Part shown: in pieces, positions 18,001-31,900 of the stretch
Layout of the letters: each line of letters begins with the position of its first letter
Position numbering within the stretch: the first letter of the stretch is position 1
Assembly: GCA_028826165.1 (NCBI GenBank)
Contig: JAPDFW010000147.1
Location: 620,001 to 684,000 of the forward strand
DNA from: Anaeramoeba ignava BMAN
Taxonomy: Eukaryota; Protista; Anaeramoebae
DNA: 64,000 bases
Direction: 5' to 3'
Made by a program: the position numbers and the translations under genes
The notes under the pieces: model-generated
What the model was told of the DNA's origin: nothing
Databases searched by the model: none
What the model saw: only the letters and a program-made list of their open reading frames with translations

Positions 18001-20649
18001 ATAAATGAATTATAAATGAATTATAAATGAATTATAAATTAATTATAAATGAATTATAAATGAATTATAAATGAATTTTAAATTAATTTTATTTTAATTT
18101 TAATATTATAAATGAATTATAAATGAATTATAAATGAATTTTAAATAAATTTTAAATGAATTTTAAATAAATTTTAAAATGAATTTTAAATGAATTATAA
18201 ATGAATTTTAAATGAATTTTATTTTAATTTTAATATTATAAATGAATTATAAATGAATTTTTAAATGAATTTTAAATAAATTTTAATTTAATTTTAATAT
18301 TATAAATGAATTATAAATGGATTATAAATTAATTATAAATGAATTATAAATGAATTTTAAATGAATTATAAATGAATTATAAATGAATTATAAATGAATT
18401 ATAAATTAATTTTAAATGAATTATAAATGAATTTTATTTTAATTTTAATATTATAAATGAATTATAAATGAATTATAAATGAATTATAAATAAATTTTAA
18501 ATGAATTATAAATAAATTATAAATTAATTATAAATGAATTATAAATGAATTATAAATGAATTATAAATTAATTTTTAAATGAATTTTAATATTATAAATG
18601 AATTTTAAATGAATTTTAATATTATAAATGAATTATAAATGAATTTTTAAATGAATTATAAATGAATTATAAATGAATTATAAAATGAATTATAAATGAA
18701 TTATAAATGAATTATAAATGAATTATAAATGAATTATAAATGAATTATAAATGAATTTTATTTTAATTTTAATATTATAAATGAATTATAAATGAATTTT
18801 ATTTTAATTTTAATATTATAAATGAATTATAAATGAATTATAAATGAATTTTAAATTAATTATAAATGAATTATAAATGAATTATAAATGAATTTTATTT
18901 GAATTTTAATATTATAAATGAATTATAAATGAATTATAAATGAATTATAAATGAATTATAAATGAATTATAAGTAAATGAATTATAAATGAATTTTAAAT
19001 AAATTATAAATGAATTATAAATGAATTATAAATGAATTATAAATTAATTTTATTTTAATTTTAATATTTTTAAATGAATTATAAATGAATTATAAATGAA
19101 TTTTAAATTAATTATAAATGAATTTTTAATTTAATTTTAATATTATAAATGAATTATAAATGAATTATAAATGAATTATAAATGAATTTTAAATTAATTA
19201 TAAATGAATTATAAATGAATTATAAATGAATTTTTATTTGAATTTTAATATTATAAATGAATTATAAATGAATTATAAATGAATTATAAATGAATTTTAA
19301 ATGAATTTTAAATGAATTATAAATGAATTATAAATGAATTATAAATGAATTATAAATGAATTATAAATGAATTTTAAATGAATTATAAATGTATTATAAA
19401 TGAATTATAAATGAATTATAAATGAATTTTAAATTAATTTTAAATGAATTATAAATGAATTTTAAATGTATTATAAATGAATTATAAATGAATTTTAAAT
19501 GAATTTTAAATGAATTATAAATGAATTTTATTTTAATTTTAATATTTTAAATGAATTATAAATGAATTTTAAATGAATTTTAATATTATAAATTAATTTT
19601 AAATTAATTATAAATGAATTATAAATTAATTTTATTTTAATTTTAATATTTTAAATGAATTATAAATGAATTATAAATGAATTATAAATGAATTTTAAAT
19701 TAATTATAAATGAATTATAAATGAATTATAAATGAATTATAAATGAATTATAAATGAATTAATTATAAATGAATTATAAATGAATTATAAATGAATTATA
19801 AATGAATTATAAATGAATTTTAAATTAATTATAAATGAATTTTAAATGAATTTTATTTTAATTTTAATATTTTAAATGAATTATAAATGAATTATAAATG
19901 AATTTTAAATGAATTTTAAATGAATTTTAAATGAATTATAAATGAATTATAAATGAATTTTAAATGAATTTTAAATGAATTATAAATGAATTTTAAATGA
20001 ATTTTAAATGAATTATAAATGAATTATAAATGAATTTTAAATGAATTATAAATGAATTATAAATGAATTTTAAATGAATTATAAATGAATTATAAATGAA
20101 TTTTAAATTAATTATAAATGAATTTTAATTTAATTTTAATATTATAAATGAATTATAAATGAATTATAAATGAATTATAAATGAATTATAATTTAATTTT
20201 AATATTATAAATTAATTATAAATGAATTATAAATGAATTATAAATTAATTTTAAATGAATTATAAATGAATTTTATTTTAATTTTAATATTATAAATGAA
20301 TTATAAATGAATTATAAATGAATTATAAATGAATTTTAAATGAATTATATTTGAATTTTAATATTTTATTTTAATTTTAATATTTTAAATGAATTATAAA
20401 TGAATTTACCCAAAGTTCATTGTCTTTTGAATAAGTATCATAATATTTAACAATGTTTTCATGATGGCATTGACGCATAATTGAAATTTCTTTCACAATT
20501 GATTCTAAATCAGCCTCAACTGGTACTTTTTTTACTGCAACAATATCTCCCGATTTTATCATTCTTGCTTTATGAACTGTTCCATAACTTCCTTCACCAA
20601 TTTGTTCAATAATTTGAAGATCCTTTAAAGGATCTTTTGAAGACATCAT
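15032..20649 (-). CDS. STK3/STK4-like: MST1/2 (Hippo/Krs-like) Ste20 kinase with C-terminal SARAH domain, multi-exon
   Basis: IGEGSYGTV, MEYCGGGSVSDI, HRDIKAGNVLL, DTMLKRKTVIGTPYWMAPEVIQE, and a SARAH-like FHDLGLEELKVLIDMLTIKMNKEIQVIKDKYDKQISPI. Confidence 0.88.
17420..20405. repeat. 11-bp satellite (AAATGAATTAT)n filling the ~3 kb kinase intron 1 (17373-20409)
   Basis: Long 11-mer array with TAT/TTT variants between the splice sites. Confidence 0.95.
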
Positions 20650-20843
20650 TTTTATAAAAGTTTTTTTTTGGTTAAAAAAAAAAAATGAAAAATAAAAAAG
20701 AGAAAAAAAAATGAAAAAAAAAAATGAAAAAAAAAAATAAAATAATAAAAAGGAGAAAAAAAAATTATAATTGATTTTCTCCTTTTTATTCTTATTTCTT
20801 TTTTTTTGGTTTTTATTCCTCTTTTTTTTTTAAAAATTTAAAT

Positions 20844-21770
20844 TTAAAGTTCATCTTTTTCAAAATTTTCATTTCTTGTTGAATTTCTTGTTGAATTTGT
20901 TGTTGAATTTTGAAGAGAAATAAATTGTTTATATCTTTTTCTTAATTCTTTTTCATAAAAAAATTGTTTATCTGCTAAATTAAATCTAGCAAGTAAAAGA
21001 GCACCTTTTGGAGTAAAAAGTGAATTACATTCAAAACAAACATTTCCATCAGGTTTTTTTTCACAAAAACTTAAAAAAATTTGATATCCTTCAGCAAGAA
21101 GAGCAAGAAGATTTGCTTGATCAATTTTATCCAATTTTGATAATTCTTCATCAAATGATTTTTTAGAACAAGTGAAAAAATTTTCTGCAATTATAAATAA
21201 TATATTATCTCCAAATTCTTTTTCTGCTCTTAAATTCAAAGAAGTAAAATTTGAAGAATTTTTAAGATCTAATTAAAATTTTTTAAAAAAACAATCGGAA
21301 AAAATTTTTTTTGCTTTTTTAATTTTAATTTTAATTTTAATTTTAATTTTTTTAATAAAAATTTTAATACATTCAGAAACATTTTTGTCTTGATCATAAA
21401 TAAGTCCAGATGAATACCATTTTGCTTCTAATATTCCAAAAGTAATTTTTCCATCTTCAGTTAATTTCTTACATAATTTCTCATGTTTATGACAATTAGT
21501 TGAAATAAAATAACTTGTATGATAAGCAGATTCAAAAACTCCATAAATATTTGCATATTTTTTTTCATTTGAAAGTATATCATATGCTTCTTCAAAATCA
21601 AAATGAATTAATGCACGAATTGCTTTATATCTAATTGTTTCTGAGTTTTCTTTTCCAAGTTGATTAAGATCTTTTGTTTTATAACCAGAAATAGTATCTT
21701 TTTTTTTAGTAAATGAAATTTGGAAAAGGATAAAAAAACAAATTAAAAAAACAATTATGTAATTTTTCAT
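20844..21770 (-). CDS. Uncharacterised, probably secreted protein (2 exons)
   Basis: Hydrophobic N-terminus MKNYIIVFLICFFILFQISFT. Two ORFs are joined by an intron near 21270-21370. No family recognised. Confidence 0.65.
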
Positions 21771-21829
21771 AATAAAAATAAAAATAAAAATAAAAATTGA
21801 AAAAATAATTTTTCATTTTTTTTTTAAAA

Positions 21830-23862
21830 ATGTCTTCTCTTTCTCATTATTTTCCAACTTTAATTATTAAACGTTTTAATGAAATTGGAATAAATACAAG
21901 TATAATTCAATTTTTATTTTTATTTTTATTTATTTTTTCTTGAATTAAAATTTATTATTATTATTATTATAATTTTGTTTTTAAAAGTTTATGATTTTAT
22001 TTGTACAGATCCAAAAACAATTGCAACAAAATTATCAGTTCCTCAAAATATTATTGAAGAATTAAATTTTGAAATTTTGAATAGTTCTAAAAATTTACAA
22101 ATAAATGGAGCTGATTTGTATTTAAATCCTCCTTCTTGTATCAAAACTGGATGTAAAAAATTTGATGATTTATTTTCAGGAGGAATTTTTACACGAGAAA
22201 TTACAGAAATAGCTGGAAAATCTTCAACAGGAAAAACACAGTTTTGTTTTACATTGATTCATCATTTAGCTTATAAAAATAAATCTAATATTTGCTATAT
22301 AGATACAAGTAATAGTTTCTCTGCAATGCGTTTAAAAGAAATACATGAAAATTATATTAAAAATGAAATTAAAGAAGATGAATTAGGAGAAAATGATCAA
22401 AGTATAAAAAAATTATTTAAATAATTTATTTCCAAAGAATTTATTTAAAGAATTTATTTCCAAAATAATTTATTTCAATATAATTTATTCCAAATGAATT
22501 TATTTCAAAAGAATTTATTTATTTCAAGAATTTATTTCCAAATTAATTTAAAATTTATTTCAAAATAATTTATTTCAAAATAATTTATTTAAAAATAATT
22601 TATTTAAAGAATTTATTCCAAAATAATTTATTCAAAGAATTTATTTCCAAAATAATTTATTTAAAGAATTCATTTCAATATAATTTATTTAAAGAATTTA
22701 TCAAAAGAATTTATTTAAAGAATTTATTTATTTCAAATTTATTTCCAAAGAATTTATTTCCAAAGAATTTATTTCAAGAATTTATTTAAAATTTATTTAA
22801 AGAATTTATTCCAAAATAATTTATTTCAAAATAATTTATTTCAAAAGAATTTATTCCAAAATAATTTATTCAAAGAATTTATTTCCAAAATAATTTATTT
22901 CAAAATAATTTATTTCAAAATAATTTATTTAAAAATAATTTATTTCCAAAATAATTTATTTAAAGAATTTATTTCCAAAATAATTTATTTCCAAAATAAT
23001 TTATTTAAAATAATTTATTTCAAAATAATTTATTTCCAAATTAATTTAAAATTTATTTATTTAGGATTTATTTCAAAAGGATTTATTCCAAAATAATTTA
23101 TTTCAAGAATTTATTTCAAAAGAATTTATTTCAAGAATTTATTCCAAAATAATTTATTCAAAAATAATTTATTTCAAAAATAATTTATTTCCAAAATTTA
23201 TTTATTTAAAGAATTTATTTCCAAATTAATTTAAAATTTATTCCAAAATAATTTATTTAAAAATAATTTAAAATTTATTTTCAAAATAATTTTGTTTTGA
23301 TTAATTAATATAGAAAATCAAGAAGATCCTTACGATTTTCTTTTTAGGATAAGAGTTGCTAAATTATTTAATATATTCGATCTTTTCAAAACTATAAAAG
23401 AAATATCAAGTCAAAAATTGGAATTTTTCCAAGATATTAAATTATTAGTTATTGATTCAATTTCTCATATTTCATCACCAATAATTTCTAAGGCAACTCG
23501 AGGAAGAGAACTAATTAGTTTTCTTTCACACGATTTAAAAAAAATTGCAAATGATTTGGATATTGCGATTTTAATTACAAATGCATTTGTATCAGTTGAT
23601 TTAAACAGAAAAAAACATAAACCAGCACTTGGTGAAATGTGGTATACAGTTCCTTCAGTTAGATTAGAAATGGATTATCAATGGATTGGTGATGGAAATG
23701 TTTTATGTGCAAAAATTACTCGTTCTCCAAGAGTTGTAATTTAAAATTAACAAATAAAAAATATTTTAATAATAATTTATTTATTTATGAAATCAAAAAT
23801 AGAAAAAAGAAAATTCTTTAATTTATCAAATTGATGAATCTGGAATTCATGGAAAAAATTAA
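21830..23862 (+). CDS. RAD51D: RAD51 paralog D (4 exons)
   Basis: Walker A GKSSTGKT, YIDTSNSFSAMRL, LLVIDSI, and KPALGEMWYTVPSVRL resembling RAD51D KPALGRSWSFVPSTR. Confidence 0.8.
22420..23290 (+). repeat. Degenerate ~14-16 bp satellite (AATTTATTT[C]CAAAAT/GAAT) in a RAD51D intron
   Basis: Tandem variants lying between exons. Confidence 0.85.
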
Positions 23863-24079
23863 TCAAACAAAAAAAAGAAATCAAATTTCTTTCTTTCTTT
23901 CTTTCTTTATCTCCTTTTTTTTATTCTCTTTTTATTTTGTTTCTTTCTTTTTTTGTTGTTGTTCTAAAAAGAAAAAAAAATTTTTTTAAAATTAAAAAAT
24001 TATTCATTTTTTTCTTTTTCTTTCTTTCTTTTTTTTCTTTTAATAATAATTTCCAAATAAAAATTGATTAGTTGAAAAA

Positions 24080-26198
24080 ATGCAAATACAAAAATTGAGG
24101 ACGAAACAAATAACACTAACAGCATTAATTATACAAACAATTATACAAATCACATACACAGAAAAAGTAGGGGATCACGAGCACAAAACAGAACTTGAAC
24201 CAGGAACAACAGGATTTTGGATAAACGTTATGGTGTGTGTGATATTAGTATTAATAGCAGGATTGATGTCAGGATTGACATTAGGATTACTAAGCTTAGA
24301 ACTACGAGATTTAGAGATTCTTCGTCAAGCAGGAACAACAAAACAGAAGAAATACGCGAAGAGATTAATCCCAGTAATTCGAAAGCATCACTTACTTCTA
24401 GTGACACTTCTTCTTTGCAATTCAGCAGCAATGGAGACGTTACCGATCTTTTTGGATCGCATTTTATCTCCAGTAATGGCGGTTGTACTTTCGGTGACAG
24501 CAATCCTAATTTTTGGAGAAATCATCCCGCAGGCGTTATGTTCACGATATGGACTTGCTATTGGCGGCGAAATGGCTTGGCCTGTGCGTATTTTGATGTA
24601 TCTTACTTTCATAGTGTCATGGCCTATAAGCAAACTTTTGGATTGTCTTCTTGGTCAAAGTAGTTCCTTTCTCAGACGCTCCCAGCTGAAAGAGCTCATG
24701 AGACTCCACGGCCAGCTTGATGGTGGTCCGTTAACTGAGGACGAAATCACCATCATTCGTGGTGCAATTGATCTGCGGGAAAAAACTGCAATCCACGGAA
24801 TGACTCCGATTGAGTCGGTTTTTATGCTTGAATACAACACAAAATTCGACAAGGAGACATTGGATCTTATCCTCAGAGAAGGTCACTCGCGAGTGCCTGT
24901 CTTCAAAGGGTCGCGACTGAATATTGTTGGGATTCTGCTTGTCAAAAGTTTGATCCACTTGGATGCAAATGATAAGGTCCCGCTTTCGACTATTAACTTG
25001 AACCCAGTGTCTCGAGTCCTGGACAAAACGCCCATGTATGATATCCTGAATCTGATGAGAACAGGCAAGTCCCATATGGCGCTTGTGCTTGACTCAACAC
25101 ACGGTGATTATTCAACAAGCTTGTCTGTTATGCGAACTGATCCAAATCCTCCAAGAGGAATCAAGGATGTCTTTCCTAGCGCCAACCAGCATCTTGATAA
25201 GGACCACAAGAACGTCCATGTTTTTTCCCCTGATGATACCTCCTCATTTACATTCGAGAGCAGTGATGTTTCTGGTGATAATCTTCCTTCTGCTGTTGCA
25301 ACTACTGAATCAACTGGTGAAACTACTCCATTTAATGCTCAGAAACGTAAACAGAGTTACCAAGCTATTAGATCAGGTCCTTCAGTTAGAAGTAGTGAAA
25401 TGGATGTTATTTATTCGGATGATGATGGAATTCCTGATTCTTTACTTCCTTCAAAACCTGAAAAGAATAAGAAGAAGAATCAAAAAACAAAATTAAAAGA
25501 GAATTTAAAAGAAAAATTAAGAGGAAAAGATAATTTAAAATACAAAGAGAGGCAAAATCAAAATCAAAATCAAAATCAAAATCAAAATCAAAAATGAAAA
25601 TCAAAATCAAATTGAAAATGAAAATGAAAATGAAAATGAAAATGAAAATCAAAATGAAAATCAAAATGAAAATCAAAATCAAAATCAAAATCAAAATCAA
25701 AATCAAAATCAAAATCAAAATATAATTGAAAAATCAAAAGAAAAACCTCAACAAAAACCAAAATCAAATTCAAAATCAAAAGAAAAATCAACAGAAAAAT
25801 CAAATTCAAAATCAATCTCTTTATCAAAGGAAAATACAACCAAAATAGATCCAAATAATCCAACAATCAAACAAAATATTCTTGCACTTCAATCACAAAA
25901 CAAAGAAAATGATCCTTCTCTTGAAGGAACAAATGTTATTGGAATTATTACATTGGAAGATATTCTCGAAGAGTTAATCCAACAAGAAATTGTTGATGAA
26001 ACTGATGTTTATGTTGATGTTCATCATCATGTCAAAGTTTCTGATTTACTTCGTAAATTATCTATTGATAATGTTAGAGAAAATCGATTCAAAAAATCAG
26101 AAATTACAGTTCCTCATCCTTTGAATTATGATAAAAACCTTAAGAGAAAATTGGAGAAAATGTCTTTAAGTTACAGTAGTGATAACAGTATTTTTTAA
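24080..26198 (+). CDS. CNNM/DUF21-CBS metal transporter (Mam3-like), frame disrupted in a QN/EN repeat at ~25590-25730
   Basis: [46 protein letters not shown] and [22 protein letters not shown]. Confidence 0.92.
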
Positions 26199-26607
26199 TT
26201 TGGAGATTTTTAGTTCTGAAAAGAGAGAATCAATTAAAAATAAAATTAAAATTAAAATTAAAATTAAAATTAAAATTAAAATTAAAATTAAAATTAAAAT
26301 TAAAATTAAAATTAAAATCAAAAATTAAAATTTAAAATTAAAAATTAAAATTAAATTTAAAATTAAAATTAAAATTAAAATTAAAATTAAAATTAAAATT
26401 AAAATTAAAATTAAAATTAAAATTAAAATTAAAATAAAATTAAAATTAAAATTAAAATTAAAATTAATTGATTTCTTGATTTATTTTCTTTTCTCTCTTT
26501 TTCTCTTTTTTTGGATTAAAAAAGAATTTTTTTTTTTTCATTTTTTAATCCAAAAATTCTCAAAAAAAAAATAATAAAAATAAAAATAATTTTCTTTCTT
26601 CTTTCTT

Positions 26608-28825
26608 TTAAATTTCTTTTTCATTTTCATTTTCAATTTCATTTTCTTTTTCATTTTCAATTTCATTTTCATTTTCAATTTCTTTTTCTTTTTCATTTTC
26701 TTTTTCAATTTCTTTTTCAATTTCTTTTTCTTTTTCTTTTTCTTTTCCAATTTCTTTTTCTTTCCAAAATTGTTCAAGATCTCCTTTTGTTTTAGAAATT
26801 GAACGAAAAGATTCAACTCTTAATAAACGATAAGCTTTCCAACGAAACGAAATATTATTTTTAAGTTTAAATTCTTCAGGTCCAGTATCATCACGAATTG
26901 GTTCTAAAAATCTATTGATTTGAGGTCTTGGAGTCAAATATTCAATATTTTTTTGATCATATCCAAACATTTCTTTAAATTCTTCAAGAATATTGAAACT
27001 ATCTTGATTTTTGGATAATAATTGTTTGCGAAAATCAAGTGTTGAATTTTCCAAAAAATTTGATTCCTTTTCATCCTCAGTTTTTTCAATTTGAGGACAT
27101 TTGTTTCTTTTCCATTCAATCCATGATTTTTCTCTTGACATGATTTTATGTATTTGTTGTGATTCTGAATAATCTTGTATTTTTTGTATTTTATTGGATT
27201 TTTTTCTTGCTTTGATTTCTACAAAATCAAGTATTTGATAAATTTTTTTTGTATATTCTGAAATACTTTGTAATTTCCGATTTATTTTTTGTTTTTTTTC
27301 TCTTTCTTCTTTTTCTTGATTTTTTTTGGTTTCATGATTTTGTTTATTTTCCAAATTTTCTTTAATAAATCCAAAAAGAACAAGAAGTTGAATTAAATTT
27401 TCACAACAAAAAATATCATCTTTTAATTGAACACTAAAAATATAAATATTATTATATAAAAATATCAATATATTTACCAATATATAAATTGATTTTGATT
27501 TTTACCTTAATATTTCACTATTAGCAATATATTTTGTAAAATTCACTCGAAAATCTGAATCAATATCTTCTTTTTGGTTTTCATTTCTTTCTTTTCGACT
27601 TCGATTTCTATTCCAATCTCTATTATTTCTATTTCTATTTCTATTTCTATTTCTATATTTGTTTAATTCAGACTCAAATTTAGATAAAATTATTTCTAAA
27701 TCTTGAATAAGATTTGCCCAATTTTCTTCAACCAATGCTTTTTGTGGATTTCGGAAATAATCATGAAATTTCCAAAAACGATAATAGAAAGAATAATCAA
27801 GAATTTTATTTTCTTTTTCTTTTTGATTTTCTTTTTGATTTTCTTTTTGATTTTCTTTAATTTGCATTTTGACATCTTGCAAATTATTTTCAGAAATCTC
27901 CAAAGATTGATCTTTTGGATGAGCTTCCTCAATTTTTCTTTTCCTTCGAGTGTCCTTTGTGCTAGTTATTACTTCATTTTTTTCATTTTGTCCATTTTCT
28001 TCGTTTTTTTCTTGTTCAATAACATTCATATCAATAACATTTTTGTCATCAACATTTGCTTGATTTTCTTGATTTTTCACAGACTCTTGCAATTCATTTT
28101 CTTTTGAAATTATTAAAGAATAAGGATCATTAACTGCATGATCTAAATTAAGACCTGATTTTTCTGATAACGGAAAAAATGAAGCGAGAAAAAGAAGAAT
28201 TTTTCCTCGCATTTCTGAGCTTTGTGATTTAGAAAGCCTGTTGAGTAACTGATTGCACATTCTGAGTACAATCAATTTACTTCGCATTTGAACCAGTTTT
28301 TTCAATTGGTTTATCCTTTTTTCAAGGAAAAGAAAAATTTGGAAACATCCATCATAAATGGTTTGACAATCAACCCAATCTTCAAGTAAAATAAACACAA
28401 CGCTCTCATCAATCTCATTCCTCACACAACACTCTAATAAAATATCTAGAATATCCTCTTCAAAATTGTTCCCGTTTTTCTTTTTTAAGTCGTAAAATCA
28501 TTCCAGTTTTGTCACATTGTTTTATCGTTTAAAATCATTTATAAAATTAAATAATTTGCTTTTAATTCTTTTTCAAATTTTCTTTCTGTTTTGTTTCGTG
28601 TTTTGGAAATACCATGAAGTTGATAAAAACATGACGAAATGAATGATCAATTATTATCTTATTTTTTTCTTCTTTTAAATCTTGTCCTAATATTTCCTTT
28701 AATTGACTAACAATTAAAGAGCAAGCATCGTCTTTTTGGATTGTATTTATTTGTTCCTTTAATTTTATAAAGGTATCATTTATCATTTGAATACAACGAG
28801 ATTGAAAATCACTTATATTTGTCAT
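26608..28825 (-). CDS. THOC1: THO complex subunit 1 (Hpr1), multi-exon
   Basis: LRMCNQLLNRLSKSQ...LFLASFFPLSEKSGLN, FYYRFWKFHDYFRNP, REKSWIEWKRNKCP and WKAYRLL. Confidence 0.9.
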
Positions 28826-28915
28826 TTTAAAAAAAGTGAAAATAAAAAAATAAAAAAATTTTTTTTTTCATTTTTCATTTTTTTTCATTTTTTTTTTTCA
28901 TTTTTTTTATTAAGA

Positions 28916-31900
28916 ATGAATAATAAAAAAGAAGAAGATGTTGATTGGGGAGATGATAATTTTACAAATTCTATAGATTGGGAAAAGAAAATTAATGATG
29001 AATGGGATTTAGAACGTCAAAAACAACAAAAAAAAAATAATAATAACAATAATGATAATGAAATAAAACAAATTTTAGTTAAAAAGCCTTGGGATTTAAA
29101 AAAAGAAACAAATCAAAATCAATTAAATCAATCAAATCAATTAAATCAATTAAATCAAAATCAATCAAATCAATCAAATCAATTAAATCAATCAAATCAA
29201 TCAAATCAATTAAATCAATTAAATCAAAATCAATCAAATCAATTAAATCAATTAAATCAAAATCAATCAAATCAAAATCAATTAAATCAAAATCAATTAA
29301 ATCAATCAAATCAAAAAAACCAAAATCAATTAAATCAAAATCAATTAAATCAAAATCATGATAATGATGATAATGATGATAATCATGATAATCACGATAA
29401 TCATGAAAATGATGAAAATGATGAAAATAATGATGAAAGTGATGAAAGTGATGAAAATGATAATGAATTAAACGAAAATGATGAAAACAATAAAGATAAT
29501 TCGGATAATTTATACACTAATAAAGATAATTGGAATCAAAATGATAATATAAATGAAAGAAAACAAATTGATAATAAAAATAATTGGAATCAAACTGGAA
29601 ATGATTTAAAAGAGAAAAAAGATAATAAAGATGATTGGGATAATTTATACACTAATAAAGATAATTGGAATCAAAATGATAATATAAATGAAAGAAAACA
29701 AATTGATAATAAAAATAGTTGGAATCAAACTGGAAATGATTTAAAAGAAAAAAATGATAATAAAGATGATTGGGATAATTTATACACTAATAAAGATAAT
29801 TGGAATCAAAATGATAATATAAATGAAAGAAAACAAGATGATTTCAAAGAGAAAAAAAATAATGAAGATGATTGGCATAATTTCTATAATAAAGATAATA
29901 GAAATGAAAGAAATGAAAGAAATTATAGAAATGAAAGAAATAAAAGAAATGAAAGAAAACAAGATGATTTCAAAGAGAAAAAAAATAATGAAGATGATTG
30001 GCATAATTTCTATAATAAAGATAATAGAAATAAAAGAAATGAAAGAAATGAAAGAAATGATAGAAATGATAGAAATGATAGAAATTATAAAAATGATAGA
30101 AATTATAAAAATGATAGAAATGAACAAAACCAATCAAATTTAATTGAAAATCAACAACCAAAAGAACCTCATAAAAAAAGACAAACAAACTCTCAAAAAT
30201 TCCAACTTATCAAAAATTTCTATCAAGAACATCCAAATGTAACAAAAATGTCTGAAGAAGAAGTTTTGAAATTTCAAAAATCAAAAATGATTTCATTTTT
30301 CTCAAAAAAAGAAGAAGAAATATCAAAAATTAAACCAGTTACAGATTTTGAATATATTACTTGTTTTCCTGAAAAAATCAGAGAAACATTAAGAAGTAAA
30401 AATTTTAAAGAACCAACACCAATTCAAGCACAAGGATGGCCAATAATTTTATCAGGTCATGATTTTATTGGAATTGCAGAAACAGGAAGTGGTTAGTATT
30501 CTAAATATTTAAAATAATTTCAAAATAATTTATATTAAATATTTTAAAATAATTTCAAAATAATTTATATTAAATATTTCAAAATAATTTATATTAAATA
30601 ATTTAAAATAATTTCAAAATAATTTATATTAAATAATTCAAAATAATTTCAAAATAAATTCAAAATAATTTATATTAAATAATTCAAAATAATTTCAAAA
30701 TAAATTCAAAATAATTTATATTAAATATTTCAAAATAATTTCAAAATAAATTCAAAATAATTCTAAATATTTTATATTAAATATTTAAAATAATTTATAT
30801 TAAATATTTTATATTAAATATTTCAAAATATTTTCAAAATAATTTCAAAATAATTCCAAAATATTTTATATTAAATATTTCAAAATAATTTATATTAAAT
30901 AATTTATATTAAATATTTCAAAATAATTTATATTAAATAATTTATATTAAATATTTTCAAAATAAATTCAAAATAATTCCAAAATAATTCCAAAATATTT
31001 TATATTAAATAATTTATATTAAATATTTCAAAATAATTTATATTAAATATTTCAAAATAATTTATATTAAATATTTTATATTAAAATAATTTCAGGAAAA
31101 ACATTAACATTTGTACTTCCTGCATTGGTACATCTTCTTGCACAACCTTCATTAAGTCATGGAGATGGTCCAATTGTTGTAATTCTTGTTCCAACACATG
31201 AACTTGGATTACAAATAGCAGATGTATGTGAAAATTATGGAGGAGGATTAAACATTCACACAATTTGCATTTATGGAGGAATATCTCGCCAAGCACAAAT
31301 GAAGAAAGTCAAAGCAGGAGCAGAAATTGTAGTTTCAACACCAGGAAGACTTATTGATTTTCTTGAAAACGGAGTGATAAATCTTTCACGAACAACATAT
31401 TTTGTACTTGATGAAGCCAGATAAAATGCTTGAATTAGGATTTGAATCTCAAGTAAGACGCATTGTTCAGGATATCTCACAAGAAAGACAAACGCTTATG
31501 TTTAGCGCAACATGGCCAAAAGAGGTTCAAAGTCTTGCTACTGATGTTTTTACAAATTCTCCAATTAAATGTAATATAGGAAGTTTAAAATTATCTGCAA
31601 CTCAAAATGTAACTCAAATTGTGGAAGTAATTGAAGAGTCTCAGAAACTTAATCATTTACTTGATCTTCTTCCAAAAATTAAGTCTTTTGAGAAGATTAT
31701 TATTTTTACTGAAACAATCTCCAAAACTGATGATTTAACTGTTATTTTAAGAAAATCTGGTTATGCTTGTTTAGGTATTCATAGTGGAAAAGATCAACTT
31801 GAAAGAGAATGGATTATTTCTGAGTTTAGTAAAGGATCTCATCCAATTTTAGTAGCAACAGATGTTGCAGGTCGTGGATTGTATGGAACACATTTAAATT

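Noticed and set aside
24217-25496. Multiple overlapping ORFs within CNNM
   Set aside because: Expected from locally higher GC; no recognisable motifs.
31410-31430. Pseudogenisation or programmed frameshift at the DEAD motif (GCC AGA TAA)
   Set aside because: Removing one base restores DEADKML. Similar 1-nt indels occur in PA200, CNNM, IPO11, RIO2, CENP-S and RCC1-BTB, which points to assembly error.
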